Shown: positions 1 through 12,449 of the stretch, one piece after another
Layout of the letters: each line of letters opens with the position of its first letter
Numbering within the stretch: position 1 is the first letter of the stretch
Assembly: GCF_006345805.1 (NCBI RefSeq)
Contig: NC_043003.1
Span: forward strand, 620,001-684,000
Source: Octopus sinensis
Taxonomy: Eukaryota
DNA length: 64,000 nucleotides
Reading direction: 5' to 3'
Position numbers and translations under genes: made by a program
Notes under the pieces: model-generated
What the model was told of the DNA's origin: nothing
The model's database searches: none
Seen by the model: the letters and a program-made list of their open reading frames with translations, nothing else

Positions 1-8
1 TAAAATTC

Positions 9-230
9 CATCATCATCATTTAACGTCCCTTTTCCATGCTTGCATGGGTCAGACAGAATTTGTTGAGGCAGATTTTCTACAGCTGGATGCCCTTCCTGT
101 CACCAACCCTCAGCAGTTTCAAATCAAGGTAGTATTTCCCCACAGCCAGACATGTTTGCATGGAAGACTGGAAACGAACAACATCATTTGTATGACAATG
201 ATGACATCATGTGATGTCAAGACAGAAGTA
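9..230 (-). mobile_element. SINE with RTE-derived 3' tail (type C), 3' portion
   Basis: Reverse complement ends ...GGACGTTAAATGATGATGATG and shares body with the complete copy at 50260-50690. Confidence 0.7.
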
Positions 231-281
231 CATACACACATGAACACACATGCATATATGTCTGTGTGTGTGTATATATAT

Positions 282-815
282 ATATATACATTGGGCCTCA
301 CAGAGGCAATGACAAAAGTCTGAGACCTCTGGAGGTATGCAGTAACTGAGAAGACCTGGCAAATAAAGTGAGTTCACAGCTGTAACCTACACCAGCGTCA
401 CATAACCAGCCCCAGCACATTCAAAAGTACCTTGGATTGTAGGGTGACATGCCATGCTTAAGGAGACCTATTGAGTCAAGTACATCAAAATCAAATCAAA
501 ATCAAATCAAATGGAAATTGTAGTTGTGACCCCCATACCAGTAGCACATAAAAAGCACCATCTGAATGTGGCCAATGCCAGTGCCACCTTGACTGGCTTC
601 CGTGCCAGTGGCATGTAAAAAGCACCATCCAATCATGGTCAGTGCCAGCTCTTCTGGCACCCTTGGAGTGATTGGCATTAGGAAGGGCATCCAGCTGTAG
701 AAACACTGCCAGATCAGGTTGGGGCCTGGTGCAGCCTCCTGGCTTCCCAGACCCTAGTCGAACCATCCAACCCATGCCAGCATGGAAAATGGACGTTAAA
801 AGATGATGATGATGT
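282..815 (+). mobile_element. 5'-truncated RTE-clade LINE: ORF2 C-terminus, 3'UTR and (GAT)n tail
   Basis: LGLTEAMTKV*DLWRYAVTEKTWQIK* matches the C-terminus of the RTE remnant at 51677-52012; followed by (AAATC)n, hairpin units and GAT tail. Confidence 0.75.
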
Positions 816-1184
816 ATGACAAACTTTCAGTTTCCATCAACCCAATCCACTCACAAAGCTTTTGTTGATTTGGGTGTATTATAGAAGACACTTGCCCAAG
901 GGGCCACACAATAAGACTGAACCCAACACCACGTGGTTGGGAAGCAAGCTTCTCACCACACACCCATGCACACCTTGCCTATTTAGAAGTAATATTTCTT
1001 GGTACAAATCCTACCTGATACTATATTTAATCAGGATTAAGACACTTGAAGATTTGGAGATGAAACCAGTTGAAATGTAATGTAGATGTGAATACTAAAA
1101 ACACGTTTTACCTTACAGATGATATTACTAGGCCTAAAAATTATTATTATATAACTTTTGCATTTTAATATTGTTACCTAAGAT

Positions 1185-1400
1185 AGGGCAGTGAGCTGGC
1201 AGAATCGTTAGCATGCTGGACAAAATGCTTAGCAGTGTTTCGTTCATCTTTATGTTCTGAGTTCAAATCCCACTGAGGTTGACTTTACCTTTTATCCTTT
1301 TGGAGGTTGATAAAATAAATACCAGTCAAGCACTGGCATTGATGTAACCAACTTACCCCAGAAATTTCTGGCTTTGTACCAAACATTTGAAACCAAAATT
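1185..1400 (+). mobile_element. tRNA-derived SINE type A
   Basis: Head GGCAGTGAGCTGGCAGAATCG (A box), GAGTTCAAATC (B box), core GAGGTTGACTTTACCTTTTATCCTTT...AAATACCAGT. Confidence 0.8.
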
Positions 1401-1855
1401 ATTATCTAAGTCAAAAAATCTTTGAGATAAAATGCTTAAACACTATTCTTCTGGCTCTTTAGGCTCTGAGCTTAAATTCCATCAAGGGTGACTTTACTGT
1501 TCATCTTTGTGGGGTCAATTAAATAAGTACCAGTTGAGCACTGGGGCCAAGGTAATTGATTAACCCACCCCACTAAATTTCTTGTATTTGTTCCAAAATT
1601 TAAAGAATATTATTAACTAAGAAATAAAATGCCAGAGATTTGTTAAATTCCAACTCTGAAAGTGTTATTTTCAAAAAAATATGAATCCATGTTCTAGGTT
1701 TTTTTTTTTGAAAAAATTTCATTATATTTAACATTGCTGAAGCAGGATCAGCCAAAAAGAGATTAGAAAAAACGGTAAGGTAAACCAGACCTGACTAAGT
1801 TTTCACCAGTCACCGATTCCGCTCTTGTTACCAATTTTGCTACATCTTTTTACAG

Positions 1856-1956
1856 CACAGTTGCAAGATCTGGTAAAGAAACTCCATGCGAAAACAGCAG
1901 AGCTTGAAGAAGAAGTCTATGACTGTGAATTTAAAATCAGAAGACAAGAATTTGAG
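1856..1956 (+). CDS. TnI: Troponin I internal exon ((A)QLQDLVKKLHAKTAELEEEVYDCEFKIRRQEFE)
   Basis: TTTTTACAG acceptor and GAG|GTAC donor; matches the troponin I coiled-coil motif LH...LEEExYDxExK; in frame with downstream exons; upstream exons are outside the window. Confidence 0.9.
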
Positions 1957-1998
1957 GTACTCTCTCTTTCTTTCTCTCTCTCTCTCTCTGTGCCTCTC

Positions 1999-2033
<35 letters not shown>

Positions 2034-2499
2034 TTCTGTCTCTCCTTCTTTCTCTGTTTCTGTGATACTCAAGAGATTATGGCACACTAAATTTCCTTAT
2101 CAAAATTTGTTGCTCCAATTCCTCATTGGAACCAGGTCGTTTTACAATCTTCACACTTTGAGAAAACGCTGAATATAACATGTTCTTATTTCTCCTTTGC
2201 CTAAAACGTTTCGCTTTCTGCTCATTTCAAGCAATTTTAACATTTCTGCTATTGATTTTGAGACAATTCCAAGACTTATTAAAAAAAAACACCTGTTGCT
2301 ACTCTTCTGCTTAGCCAAAAGAAATTAATGCAATTATAATTAACGTAATTATAATTGCTCTTCAATACTATTTAAATAAAATATTTCATGTTTTGGGAAA
2401 TAATACACATGATATTTGGTGAATAACCAATATGAGACCAGGAAGCTGTCTTGTGCTTGTTTTGTAGAAACATTTACAGAAATGATTTGAAAATAACTG

Positions 2500-2735
2500 A
2501 TCTGGAAACGACAAATTTAGTAAAATAACATTTAGGTTTTAATGAAGATCCCTTGAACCCCTTTCTGGGGAAATACTCTTTGCTTCATTTAAATTTGAGA
2601 ATAATGAAGAATGCAGTGAAATGACGTCGACATGAAATTTTGATAGAAGGTTTTAATTTCAGTTGTTTTTAAAACAAGGAATTTGTGTCATAGAATTAGG
2701 GACAGTCTCAGACAGGGTAGTATGAAAAGGGTTAA
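2500..2735. mobile_element. piggyBac-like non-autonomous element, right-end portion
   Basis: Ends AAAAGGGTTAA (TTAA site plus CCC terminus); related segment at 41977-42189 (AATTTAGTAAAATAAC...AAAAGGGTTAA). Confidence 0.45.
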
Positions 2736-3469
2736 AGTAGAAAGATTTGTGTTATAAATTTTGAAGACATATCAAACTAAAAAAAAAGCAAAAAAAAAAC
2801 CATTGTTCAAAGAAGTTAAATTCATAATGAGAAACTTAACGAGTTTTTCATCTATCATCGTTTATCATGGAGGTTTGGTTCCAAAAGCAAAAGAAAACAA
2901 AAAAAACAACACCAATAAATAAATCATCTCCATTCAGTTTGTAAATGGAACAGACGGCAGATTTGTTGCCACCAAACTCAGGATCCACAGCAACGAAGCC
3001 CCCCCACGGTCAGGTACTTCCTTGATCATCTCCACATTTTCTTGTAGAGAATACAGTCATCTGTGTCGTTTATTAGGATCAGGTGCCTTTGTATTTTTTT
3101 CTTTTCACTGGTCCCATGTTGATGGATACAAGGACATAAACCCATATAAAAAAATACAGCTTTGCAGCCTGGCCATGGAAACACAAATGGCAACCAGTGC
3201 ATGCTGGGTAACTGAGCTTTGTGAGTCGTTGCTGGGATGCACTTCCACTGTTCAAGTAGGATCAACTGATTTCCAACTCATGTTATCCCTGATCAGTTCA
3301 TGACAAGCATAACAGGGTTCAAAATTGAATGTATCATGTTATCCCAGATCAATGATGAAAGAATCAGTGATAAACGAGGCTACATATGTTAAAATGTCCC
3401 CAGGTACTGAGATTTGTGGATTGTTCTTGAGTATGTGAACAGCAACTCTCCCCATTACGTAGCTCTGCT

Positions 3470-3800
3470 CAGAAGGGTCAGGGTCAGGTGTGGGAGCATG
3501 TGATTTTGCAGTGTGTTGCTGCGTTCACCATTTGTCAGTAGATTCCCAGGTCCTTCTGGGTGACCGCTCAAGCAGACTCCTAGTCAGTCTCCATCTCCAC
3601 AAGTTGCCTCTTCACCTGCTGTGACCATGTGGCATGTGGTCGACCAACATGAACCATCAACCCAGCCAGATCTTCAGTGAAGTGAACACTGTGAGCAGGG
3701 TTTAACTCAGAAAACCAAGCAACAAGGTCAGAGAGTCTGAGCTCAGATAGATTGTCAAAAAATGTGGATCCGTGGTGGAAAGATAATCTTGCTATTTGGA
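3470..3800 (-). mobile_element. Degenerate RTE-type LINE 3' remnant
   Basis: Minus strand reads ...NPAHSVHFTEDLAG...GRPHATWSQQVKRQL... with stops, then CCCACACCTGACCCTGACCC tail. Confidence 0.55.
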
Positions 3801-3906
3801 GAATTTTACCAATCTGCTTTGTTTTCTAATGTAGGTATCACACCTCAGATTCATTAAGCACAAAAGGAGATATTAAAAGAACTAATTAGTAATATTAGCA
3901 TAATTG

Positions 3907-4425
3907 AAGGTAGCAAGCTGGCAGAATTGTGAGCATGCCAGGCAAAATGCTTCAAAGCATTTTCTCCATTCTTACGTTCTAAGTGCAAAATTCTTCTGAG
4001 GTCAACTTTGCCTTTCATCATTTTGAGTGTTGATAAAATTAGCATCGGTTGAAGGGTGTGGTCATGTAATTCAGTGGTTCCCAAAGTGAGTGGTACCACC
4101 CCTTCTGGGGGCGGTGTAAAGATCCAGGGGACATTGAAAAAAAATGGGGCGATAATGAGGTGACGAAAACGGGGTGTAAAAAAACAAAAAACAAACAAAA
4201 TAAAGGGTTAATTAAGTTAAGTTTTATTTGTGAAATATTGTTGGTTTGAACTTGCTGCAGAAAATGGTCTATGTCTGTGATGGTGAGTGCGGGGGGGGGG
4301 GAGGCACTAGGCATGTGACCTTAAAACCAAGGGAGCAGCAGCCTGAAAAAGTTTGGGAACCACTGATGTAATTGAATTATCCCTTCACCCAAAATTGCTG
4401 GCTTTGTACCAAAATTTGAAACCAA
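3907..4425 (+). mobile_element. SINE type A interrupted by a hAT MITE
   Basis: Head AGGTAGCAAGCTGGCAGAATTG at about 3907; tail CCAAAATTTGAAACC resumes after 4365. Confidence 0.75.
4072..4365. mobile_element. hAT (Charlie-like) MITE
   Basis: TIR CAGTGGTTCCCAAA / TTTGGGAACCACTG; perfect 8-bp TSD ATGTAATT (4064-4071, 4366-4373). Confidence 0.9.
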
Positions 4426-5247
4426 GTTTAGAACAATTGACATAATCCTAAAAAGGAAAGAAAAATATGTCAAGGAGTTGTTTTGTTGAAAATTTTGTGC
4501 CAAACATTATTGAGTAGGTTGTACAGTAAATGATATGGAACTAGAAAAGAGAACATATATTTATGAATAGAATGGAGGGTGGATGTGGAAATAGAATTAA
4601 TGAAATTTGCTGCGTTGTAATCAATATCAGAATTTTTAATCAAATATTCTTGAACTTCTCTAACTTAAATCCCAAATTTATAAATCTTGACTAAATCTAA
4701 GATGGTGGAATTTCTCATCATTTCAACTGATGAGGGCTTAACAAGACTCAATGAGATCCTCATCTGCTCTAGGTCTGTGGAAAACATCCACCACCATTTA
4801 GCTTGCAGGGTCAAAGTTGAAGACTTTCAGTAGCATCCACTGTTGTTGCTTTCTTTGTTGCCACTGGACTTATAAAGAAAGGCTGATGGTGCTGGAGCTG
4901 TGGTTTGCTGAACAACCAGTTCAAAGAATATTATGGTTATTTTCTGAGTTCAAATTCCACTGAGGTCAGCTTTATCTTTCATCTTTTCTGGGTCAATAAA
5001 ATAGGTCCCAATGGAGCACTGGGGGAGGGGGGGGCAGTGTAATCGACTGACCCCCTCCTTATCATATTTATGTAATTTATTTTTAAGCCTGCAATAGGAA
5101 TAACAGAAATTTGTATATTAACGATGGTAACCTAATCAAGTGTTTCAAAACCACAATGATCTCTTCTAAGCCATCTTGATTATCAGAAACGTAAGGGTTG
5201 GTTTCAGTGCTGTTCTTAACACTTACCATTCCTTTCTCTATTTTCAG

Positions 5248-5291
5248 ATCAATGACCTCACAATAAAGGTTAATGACACCAGAGGCAAATT
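5248..5291 (+). CDS. TnI: Troponin I exon (INDLTIKVNDTRGKF)
   Basis: TTTTCAG acceptor, TT|GTGAGT donor; conserved IN.L..KVND..GKF motif. Confidence 0.95.
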
Positions 5292-5366
5292 GTGAGTATC
5301 TCTCTTGCTTCAGATTTTATTAGATTCATTTTCAGTTTCAGTCTACATGCCTTTTGAAAATAGTCA

Positions 5367-5411
<45 letters not shown>

Positions 5412-6461
5412 TGCACACACACACACACATGCATGCACGCACACGTATGGAGTTGTGTTGTTTTCAAGTATTATTGTGTAAATGGTAATTTTACAAAGTG
5501 AAACTAGACTCAATATCTTTGGAAGAGGAAATATTTCGGGCATCCAAGGCTATAGTTGCCACTCAGAGCATTGTTACTCAGACTTCATGGTTTTTTTTCC
5601 ATGGACATGTCTAAAACATGATTGGCCAATGGATTGAAGACCTCTTCAGTTGGTCTTTTATATATATATCATCATTTAACATCAGTTTTCCATGCTGGTA
5701 TGGATTGGACAGTTTGACTGGAGCTGGTCAACCGAAGGACCTTGCCAGGCTCCACCGTCTACTTTGACCATGGTTTCTAGGGCCAAATGCCTTTCCTAAC
5801 TTCTTTACAGAGTGCTTTTCCACATGGCACCAGCACTGGTGAGGTCACCAAGTAACTTGCAAGACAAAGATTTATATAAGATGGGCTTCCACACTGAGTT
5901 ACCATCTACCAAATTCACTCTCAAGGCATTGGTTGGCATTGACTTATAGTAGAAAGACCCTTCAGTTCCACTGCATGGGACTGAACCTGAAACTATGTGG
6001 CTGCAAAACAATTTTCTGATCCTCACAGCCTAATAAACGTAAATACTATAAATACACCTGTTCAGGTGAGTTAAGGTATTTCACAATACGACTTATTACC
6101 ATAGATGAACCGGTGGCAGAATCATTAACGTGCCAGAATCGTTAACATGCCAGACAAAGAGCTTAGCAGAATTTCTTCTGAATCTTTATGTTCTGAGCTC
6201 AAATCTTGCTGAGATCAACTTTGCCTCTCAGGGTCGATAAAATAAGTACCAGTCAAGTACTGGGGCCAGTATTATTGACTTGCCTTTTCTTCAGGATTGT
6301 TGGCCTTTGTGTCAAAATTAGAATTATCACAGAAGTAATTAACATTATCTCTCTCTCTCCCTCCCTCCCTCTCTCTCTCTCTCACTCTCAATTTATTTTT
6401 GTTTTCCCTTTGTTCTTTCTATAATCGTACTTTAAACATTTCTCAATTTTGTCTTTTACAG

Positions 6462-6503
6462 TGTCAAACCTGTTCTCAAAAAAGTATCCAAAACAGAAGC
6501 CAA
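6462..6503 (+). CDS. TnI: Troponin I exon ((F)VKPVLKKVSKTEAK), inhibitory region
   Basis: CTTTTACAG acceptor, AA|GTAAGT donor; FVKPxLKKVSK inhibitory peptide. Confidence 0.95.
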
Positions 6504-6564
6504 GTAAGTGAAAACGATTGATTGATGCCTCTTGTATTTATTATTACCTGTTGCAGGTGTCATT

Positions 6565-7041
6565 CATCATCTTCATCATTTAACATCCGTTTTCCATGCT
6601 GGCATGGGTTGGACGGTTCAGGTGGGGTCTGGGAAGCCAGGAGGCTGCACCAGGCTCCAGTCTTATCTGGCAGAGTTTCTACAGCTGGATGCCCTTCCTA
6701 ACGCCAACCACTCTGTGAGTGTAGTGGGTGCATTTTATGTGCCACCAGCACAGGCTGCAGAGGAGGTTGGCATTGACTACAATCGGATGGTGCTCTTTAT
6801 GTGCCACCGGCATGGAAACCAGTCAAGGCAGCTCTGGCATCTGCCACATTCAGATGGTGCTTTTTACATGCCACCGGCACAGGGATCACAACTACAATTT
6901 CCATTTGATTGTGATTTGATTTGATTTTGATGTACTTGACTCAATAGGTCTCCTTAAGCATGGCATGTCGCCCTACGATCCAAGATACTTTTTGAGTGGG
7001 CTGGTTATGTGACGCTGGTGTAGGTTACAGCTGTGAACTCA
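6565..7041 (-). mobile_element. RTE LINE 3'UTR fragment with hairpin units and (GAT)n tail
   Basis: Reverse complement closely matches 370-815. Confidence 0.75.
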
Positions 7042-7719
7042 TAAGTGTAAAGAAGAGATGCTGTGTCTATAGCCTGCCTGGGATGTTTGACCGGTGTATC
7101 TGTAAATTGATGACTGGGACACAAAATGTGTTTGAAGACAGGAAAGAATGAAGGTTTTTCAGGGTCACACCAAGCTCCAGTATCATCCTTGGTTTGGTTT
7201 CAAGCACTTTGCAGAGTGCACCAACTGCCTTTTCTGTGCCACTGGCACAAGTGGGCTTGCCAAGTAACTTGCATTACAAGAACAGGAAAAAGAAAATGGG
7301 AAACCCCCCCCCCCCCCCCAACAAAATATGTATGGAGAGGACAGTAGGTTTATATCAGGTGTTGACAGGTTAAAGTATGATGGAAAAACGAGCAGCTTCC
7401 CTGAAAAATAAATTTGCTGACATCTTTGCTACTTTTAAAACATTATTTCATTTTAAAATTATTATTTCCTCCACAATATATTTAGATAATGTGTTTAGAT
7501 TTAAACACTGAGTTTTTTAATATTGTTTTTACAAATTTAAAAAAATTAAATTTTCTGATTTCAATGTAAAAAACAACATTTATTATACTGACTAAACTGA
7601 CAGAGTTATGCTATCAGGTTTTGTAAATGGTATTATGGTGTCATGGTATCGACAAGACTATCAGATATTGTCATACATCGCTAGTCACAATGCACTTTGT
7701 ATTGTTTGAGCTTTTAAAT

Positions 7720-7935
7720 GATGCCATCCTGCTGGCTAGATGCGCAGGCCAACATTCCCCGGTGACCAGAAGGCTATTCCATTGTAGGGTGTACCCATTT
7801 ACAGCTGAGTGGACTGGACCAACGTGAAATGAAGTGTTTTGCTCAAGAACACAACACACTACTCAGTCCTGGAATTGAACCCATGAACTAGCAATTGTGC
7901 ATGCAATACCCGAACCACTAAGCCATGTGCCTTCA
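7720..7935 (-). mobile_element. tRNA-derived SINE type D
   Basis: Reverse complement has A box TGGCTTAGTGG and B box GGTTCAATTCC; same family on + at 44750-44990. Confidence 0.7.
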
Positions 7936-8044
7936 TGTAAATGGTAAAAGCATTAATATAAAAGGAGATGCTGTGTTTACTGACCTCCCAACCTTTCAAT
8001 CGTGTATTCTCTGTACGTTCTTTGTCTTTTTCCCCTCTTTGCAG

Positions 8045-8136
8045 GCTTGCCAAGTTGGAGAGGAAGAAGGCTGAAAACTTCCGTCCTACTTTGAAATCCA
8101 CACATGAGTCCCAAAAGGAGGAAGACGGTGCAGCTG
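8045..8136 (+). CDS. TnI: Troponin I exon ((K)LAKLERKKAENFRPTLKSTHESQKEEDGAA)
   Basis: CCCCTCTTTGCAG acceptor, G|GTTAGT donor; phases 2 and 1 fit the flanking exons; FR..LK motif of the troponin I C-terminus. Confidence 0.9.
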
Positions 8137-8159
8137 GTTAGTATTGTTCTTCATGTTGG

Positions 8160-8221
8160 TGGTGTTCTGAGTTCAAATCACTCTAACCTCAAGTCAATAT
8201 TCAAAATTGTAATTGTTGTTG

Positions 8222-8270
<49 letters not shown>

Positions 8271-8278
8271 CATTATTG

Positions 8279-8332
<54 letters not shown>

Positions 8333-8486
8333 TGCCAGGGTCGACTTTACATTTCATTGTTTCTGGGGTCAATAAGATAAGTACCAGTTGAACACTGGGG
8401 TCAATATAATCAACTTGGCCTCTTCCCCTGGCCTTGCTGGTTTTGTGACAAAATTTGAAACCATCATCATTATTATTATTATTATT
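8160..8486 (+). mobile_element. SINE type A with internal (ATT)n tract and (ATT)n tail
   Basis: B box at about 8170, (GTT/ATT)n at 8215-8330, core GGGTCGACTTTAC..., tail AAATTTGAAACCATCATCATTATTATT abutting the retrotransposon 3' end. Confidence 0.7.
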
Positions 8487-11400
8487 CAGTAGTTTTATTT
8501 TTATTTTTATAGCGTGCTTTCACTTCACTACCGAGCGCAGATCTGTGTGCCTTGGGTATGTGCTGTGATTTGTTGTGATGCTCTGATGGTTATTGTATGG
8601 AAAGTGTTCTGCGTAGGATGTGTGCAGTGCCTAGTAGTGCAATTTTCTGTATGTTATATGTGTTTGTAAGTCCTGGTGTTTTTGTTATGTATTTGTCTGA
8701 ATATTTTTTTATCATGCCTAATGCACCTACTATGATAGGAATTGTTTCTGTTTTCAGATTCCACATTCTAGTTACCTCTATTTCCAGGTCTTTGTATTTT
8801 GAGAGTTTCTCCATTTCTTTTAGAGACACGTTGTCATCTGCCGGTACTGATACATCAATTAGAAAGCATTTTTTTTCTTCATGGTCTCTGACAACTATAT
8901 CTGGTCTGTTGGCCTTAATTTCTCTATCTGTGTGTATCGGCATATCCCAGATTATGGTTGCTTTCTCGTTTTCTGTGACCTTTTCTGGTGTGTGCCTATA
9001 CCATCTTTTTTCTGTTGTTATTCCATAATGTTGGCATAGCTTCCAATGTATGTAGGTTCCAACTCTGTCATGTCTGTGAATATATTCCTTCTTAGCCAAG
9101 ACTGGGCAGCTAGAGATAATATGATTTATTGTTTCTTGTCCATCTCCACATATTCTGCAGTTACTTGTAATATTTCTTTTCATTACATGTTTTTGGTAAT
9201 TTCTGGTGGGGAGGCTTTGGTCTTGTGCTGCAATTAAAAATCCCTCTGTCTCTGCTTTGAGTCCTGAGCTTCTCAACCATTGCTGGGATTTTTCTTTGTC
9301 TATTTCTTTTGCGTTTAGTTTAGTGCAGTATTTACCATGAAGGGGCTTTTCTTGCCATCGTTTTATCATGGTTCGTTGCTGTTCTATTTTTAGTTTGGAT
9401 TTCATTTGTTTTATAGCTTTTGTTGTTTCTTCATCTTCTTCTTCTTCTTCATGTTTATTAGGTGGTATGATTTCTTGTTTGTATTTGTCAGCTTCCTTAA
9501 ATACTGAGAACAGTTTTTTGTTTTGCTCGTGTTTTGCCGCTATCTGGATCAGTTTTCCTTCCTTCTGAAGTAGATATTTTTGCAGTCCTATGGTGGTTAT
9601 TTTATAGTAGTTTTCCAGCTGTATAAGGCCTCTACCACCTTCTATACGTTGTATATATAGTCTTTCTATGTCAGATTTTGGGTGATGCATCCTAGATCCT
9701 GTCATTATTTTTCTTGTTTTCCTGTCTATTTTGGTCAGTTCATTTCGTGTCCAGTTAAGGATATTGTAGCTGTAACTTATAACTGGGACAGCTAAAGTGT
9801 TGATACCTATTATCTTGTTTTTAGCATTGAGCTCTGTGTTTAGTATTGATCTAACTCGTCTATAATATTCTTTTTTTATTTTCTCTTTCATTTGTGTGTG
9901 TTGTGTCTTATCTAGTTCATGGATTCCTAAGTATTTGTAAATTTGGCTTTGGTCTAATTCTTTTATTTCATTTGCTTCATCTAGTGTGATATTGTTACTC
10001 TTAACTAGTTTTCCTCTTTTCATGGTTACTTTGGCGCATTTTTCTAATCCAAATTTCATATCTATTTCTTTGGTAAATCCATGAACTGTCTTTAATAGTG
10101 TTTCCAGCTGTTTGTCATTTGCAGCGTATAGTTTTAGGTCATCCATATATAAAAGGTGGCTGATCGTTTTGCCGTAACATTTATATCCGCATCCAGTTCT
10201 ATTTAGCATATCAGATAGAGGTGACAGTGCCAAGCAGAAAAGGAGTGGAGAGAGCGTATCTCCCTGGAATATTCCTCTTCTAATGGGGATGTCTTTGGTT
10301 TTCATGAGTCCCTCTTTTGTTTGGAGGTGTAGGACTGTTTGCCATTTATTCATAGAGTGCTCTATGAATTTTATGATTGTTGGTGCTACTTTGTTAATGG
10401 CTAGTGTTTCGAGGATCCATGTGTGGGGGAGACTATCAAACGCCTTTTTGTAGTCAATCCAGGCCATGCTGAGGCCTTTCTTCTTTCTGTGGCTGTCTTC
10501 AGTTATGGCTTTATTAATCATTAGTTGATCTTTACAGCCATATGAGCCTTTGCGGCATCCTTTCTGCTCTTCTGGGAACAGTTTGTTTTCGTCCAGGTGC
10601 TTGTTCAGCCTTTGTGATATCACTGCAGTAAATGCCTTGAACATAGTAGGGAGGCAGGTTATTGGTCTGTAGTTTTCTGGTTTTTCTGTTTCATTTGATT
10701 TGGGAATTAAGATGGTTTTCCCCTTCGTGAGCCATTCAGGCATTGTCTCTGGCTCTGCTAGTACGTTGTTAAAGTTTTCAGCCAGCTTTTTGTGCATTCC
10801 TGTTAGATATTTCAACCAGAAGTTGGGGATCTTGTCATGCCCAGGTGCCTTCCAGTTGCTTAGTCTTTGCAGTGCCTGGGTGACCTCTTCAGTTGTTATG
10901 GGGGTCCAAGTTTGTTCAGATGCCGAGTTTGTTATTTTGATACTCCTTTTTTTTGGTGGTTCGTTCGCCGACCATATTTCTCCCCAGAATTCTTCCAATT
11001 CTTCTGCCGTTGGTGCTGCAGTGACTTCTATTTTATTTTTGCCCAGTTCTTGGTAGAACTTTTTGGGGTCGGAGTTGAACTTTTTGTTCTGTTCAAAGAA
11101 GCGTTGGCGTTTCTCGTACCGGCGGATCCTTTGAGCTTTGGCAAGGATATCTTGCTTCAGCTTTTCTTTTATCTCCGGCAAATCTTTTTCTGTGGTGTTA
11201 TATTTGCGGAGCATTTTTGTTCTCTTTTTGTTGCTCAGTAGCGTTGCTTGTTTGCTGATTTCATTAAGAATCGACAGGTCTTTTCTAATTTTTTTTATTT
11301 TGTTTTGGATGTTATTTATCCACAGGGTTTGTTTGGGTGGTGGTACTCCTGTTTGGGCGGGTTTGGGTGAGTATCCAGCTTCTTTTGTGGCTGCAGTGGC

Positions 11401-12449
11401 TGCTGCGTATATCAAGTCATTTAGTTCAGTGATATCACTTTTTTTTGTTTCAGTGGCTAGTTCAGTGACGGCTAGGTTTATGTTGTTTATAATTGGTGTT
11501 GTTATTGCGTTTATTTTTATTCTTGGGAGGTATGGTCGGTGGTCCATTTTGAGCTCTGTGGTTTTTAGTTCTTTGATTATTTTATTTTTTATATTATCAT
11601 AATCATTAGGCTCCCCTTCGTTGTTTACATCGTGTTTGTTGGGAATGTTGCGTTTGTCTTCGTGTTTTACAGTGTCAGTGTTTATATTATTGGGCATTGT
11701 TGTGTGGCTTCTATCTACATTTTCCTGGTGTATGTTTTCTTTTAGGTGTTCTATTTCTATTTCTGATATTTTTTTTGTGTTGAGAATGTATCTTCGTACG
11801 TTAGCTAATTTATTAGGGTTCATTGCTGTATCCAAGTCTAAATCTCTATTATTTTCCTTCCATATTTTATATGTATGTGTTGTTGTATTTTCATTTTTTG
11901 GGTAGAGTACTGCTGTGAAGTATGCGTGTAAGATAGAAATGTATTCCTCACGTGTCCATTTACGTCTTTTGGGTTTTATTTGCGGGACATGAGGTACAAC
12001 GTCCGGCCCATTATTTTGACGGTCGTCATTTTCGTAGGGTACCGGTCCGTTTATTTCTGTTGTCACATTATTTCGCACGTGTAGTTTTTCGTACATTTTT
12101 TGTTGTAGGTTTAATGTACGTACCGCTCGATTGTTATTCTTGGGTTGAATAGTATCGGTGGCATTTAATTTCTTCGTAGTTCCTTTGTACATGGTGTTTG
12201 GGGTCGGAGATGATCGTGATGTTTCACGCATGTTTACATGTGTTGCGTTAGAGGTGGAGATGATATCGAGTCAAAATACATCATTTCGTTTCGAAAATAG
12301 TAATAAATTTCAATTTGTATTACTTACTCGGATACAGTCCAATTCTTTGTTAGTAAAACTTTGGCTCCATAGGATGTCCTTGTTTTCGATGTTTGTGGAT
12401 AGGTTTCGGAGCTCTGAATTTTCCTTCTTACATCTTAAAAGTCCCCCGG

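Noticed and set aside
1185-1270. A box / B box motifs as tRNA genes
   Set aside because: No cloverleaf; these are tRNA-derived SINE heads followed by SINE cores and tails.
1746-1774. Possible troponin I micro-exon (ISQKEIRKN) with a strong donor ACG|GTAAGG and compatible phase
   Set aside because: The acceptor lacks a pyrimidine tract and the peptide does not resemble the expected upstream troponin I sequence (…IDGL…); needs RNA evidence.
3348-3385. INDERISDKRGY, superficially like a mutually exclusive copy of the INDLTIKVNDTRGKF exon
   Set aside because: It is two codons short, has no GT donor at the required phase, and lies in a local duplication beside an antisense LINE remnant.
8104-8391. 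Poly-I ORFs here, and poly-L, N, Y and YI ORFs elsewhere in the track
   Set aside because: These are translations of (ATT)n, (TA)n and (CA)n microsatellites.
8597-12152. Multiple + strand ORFs overlapping the retrotransposon
   Set aside because: They are antisense shadows of the 1213-aa ORF with no independent motifs.
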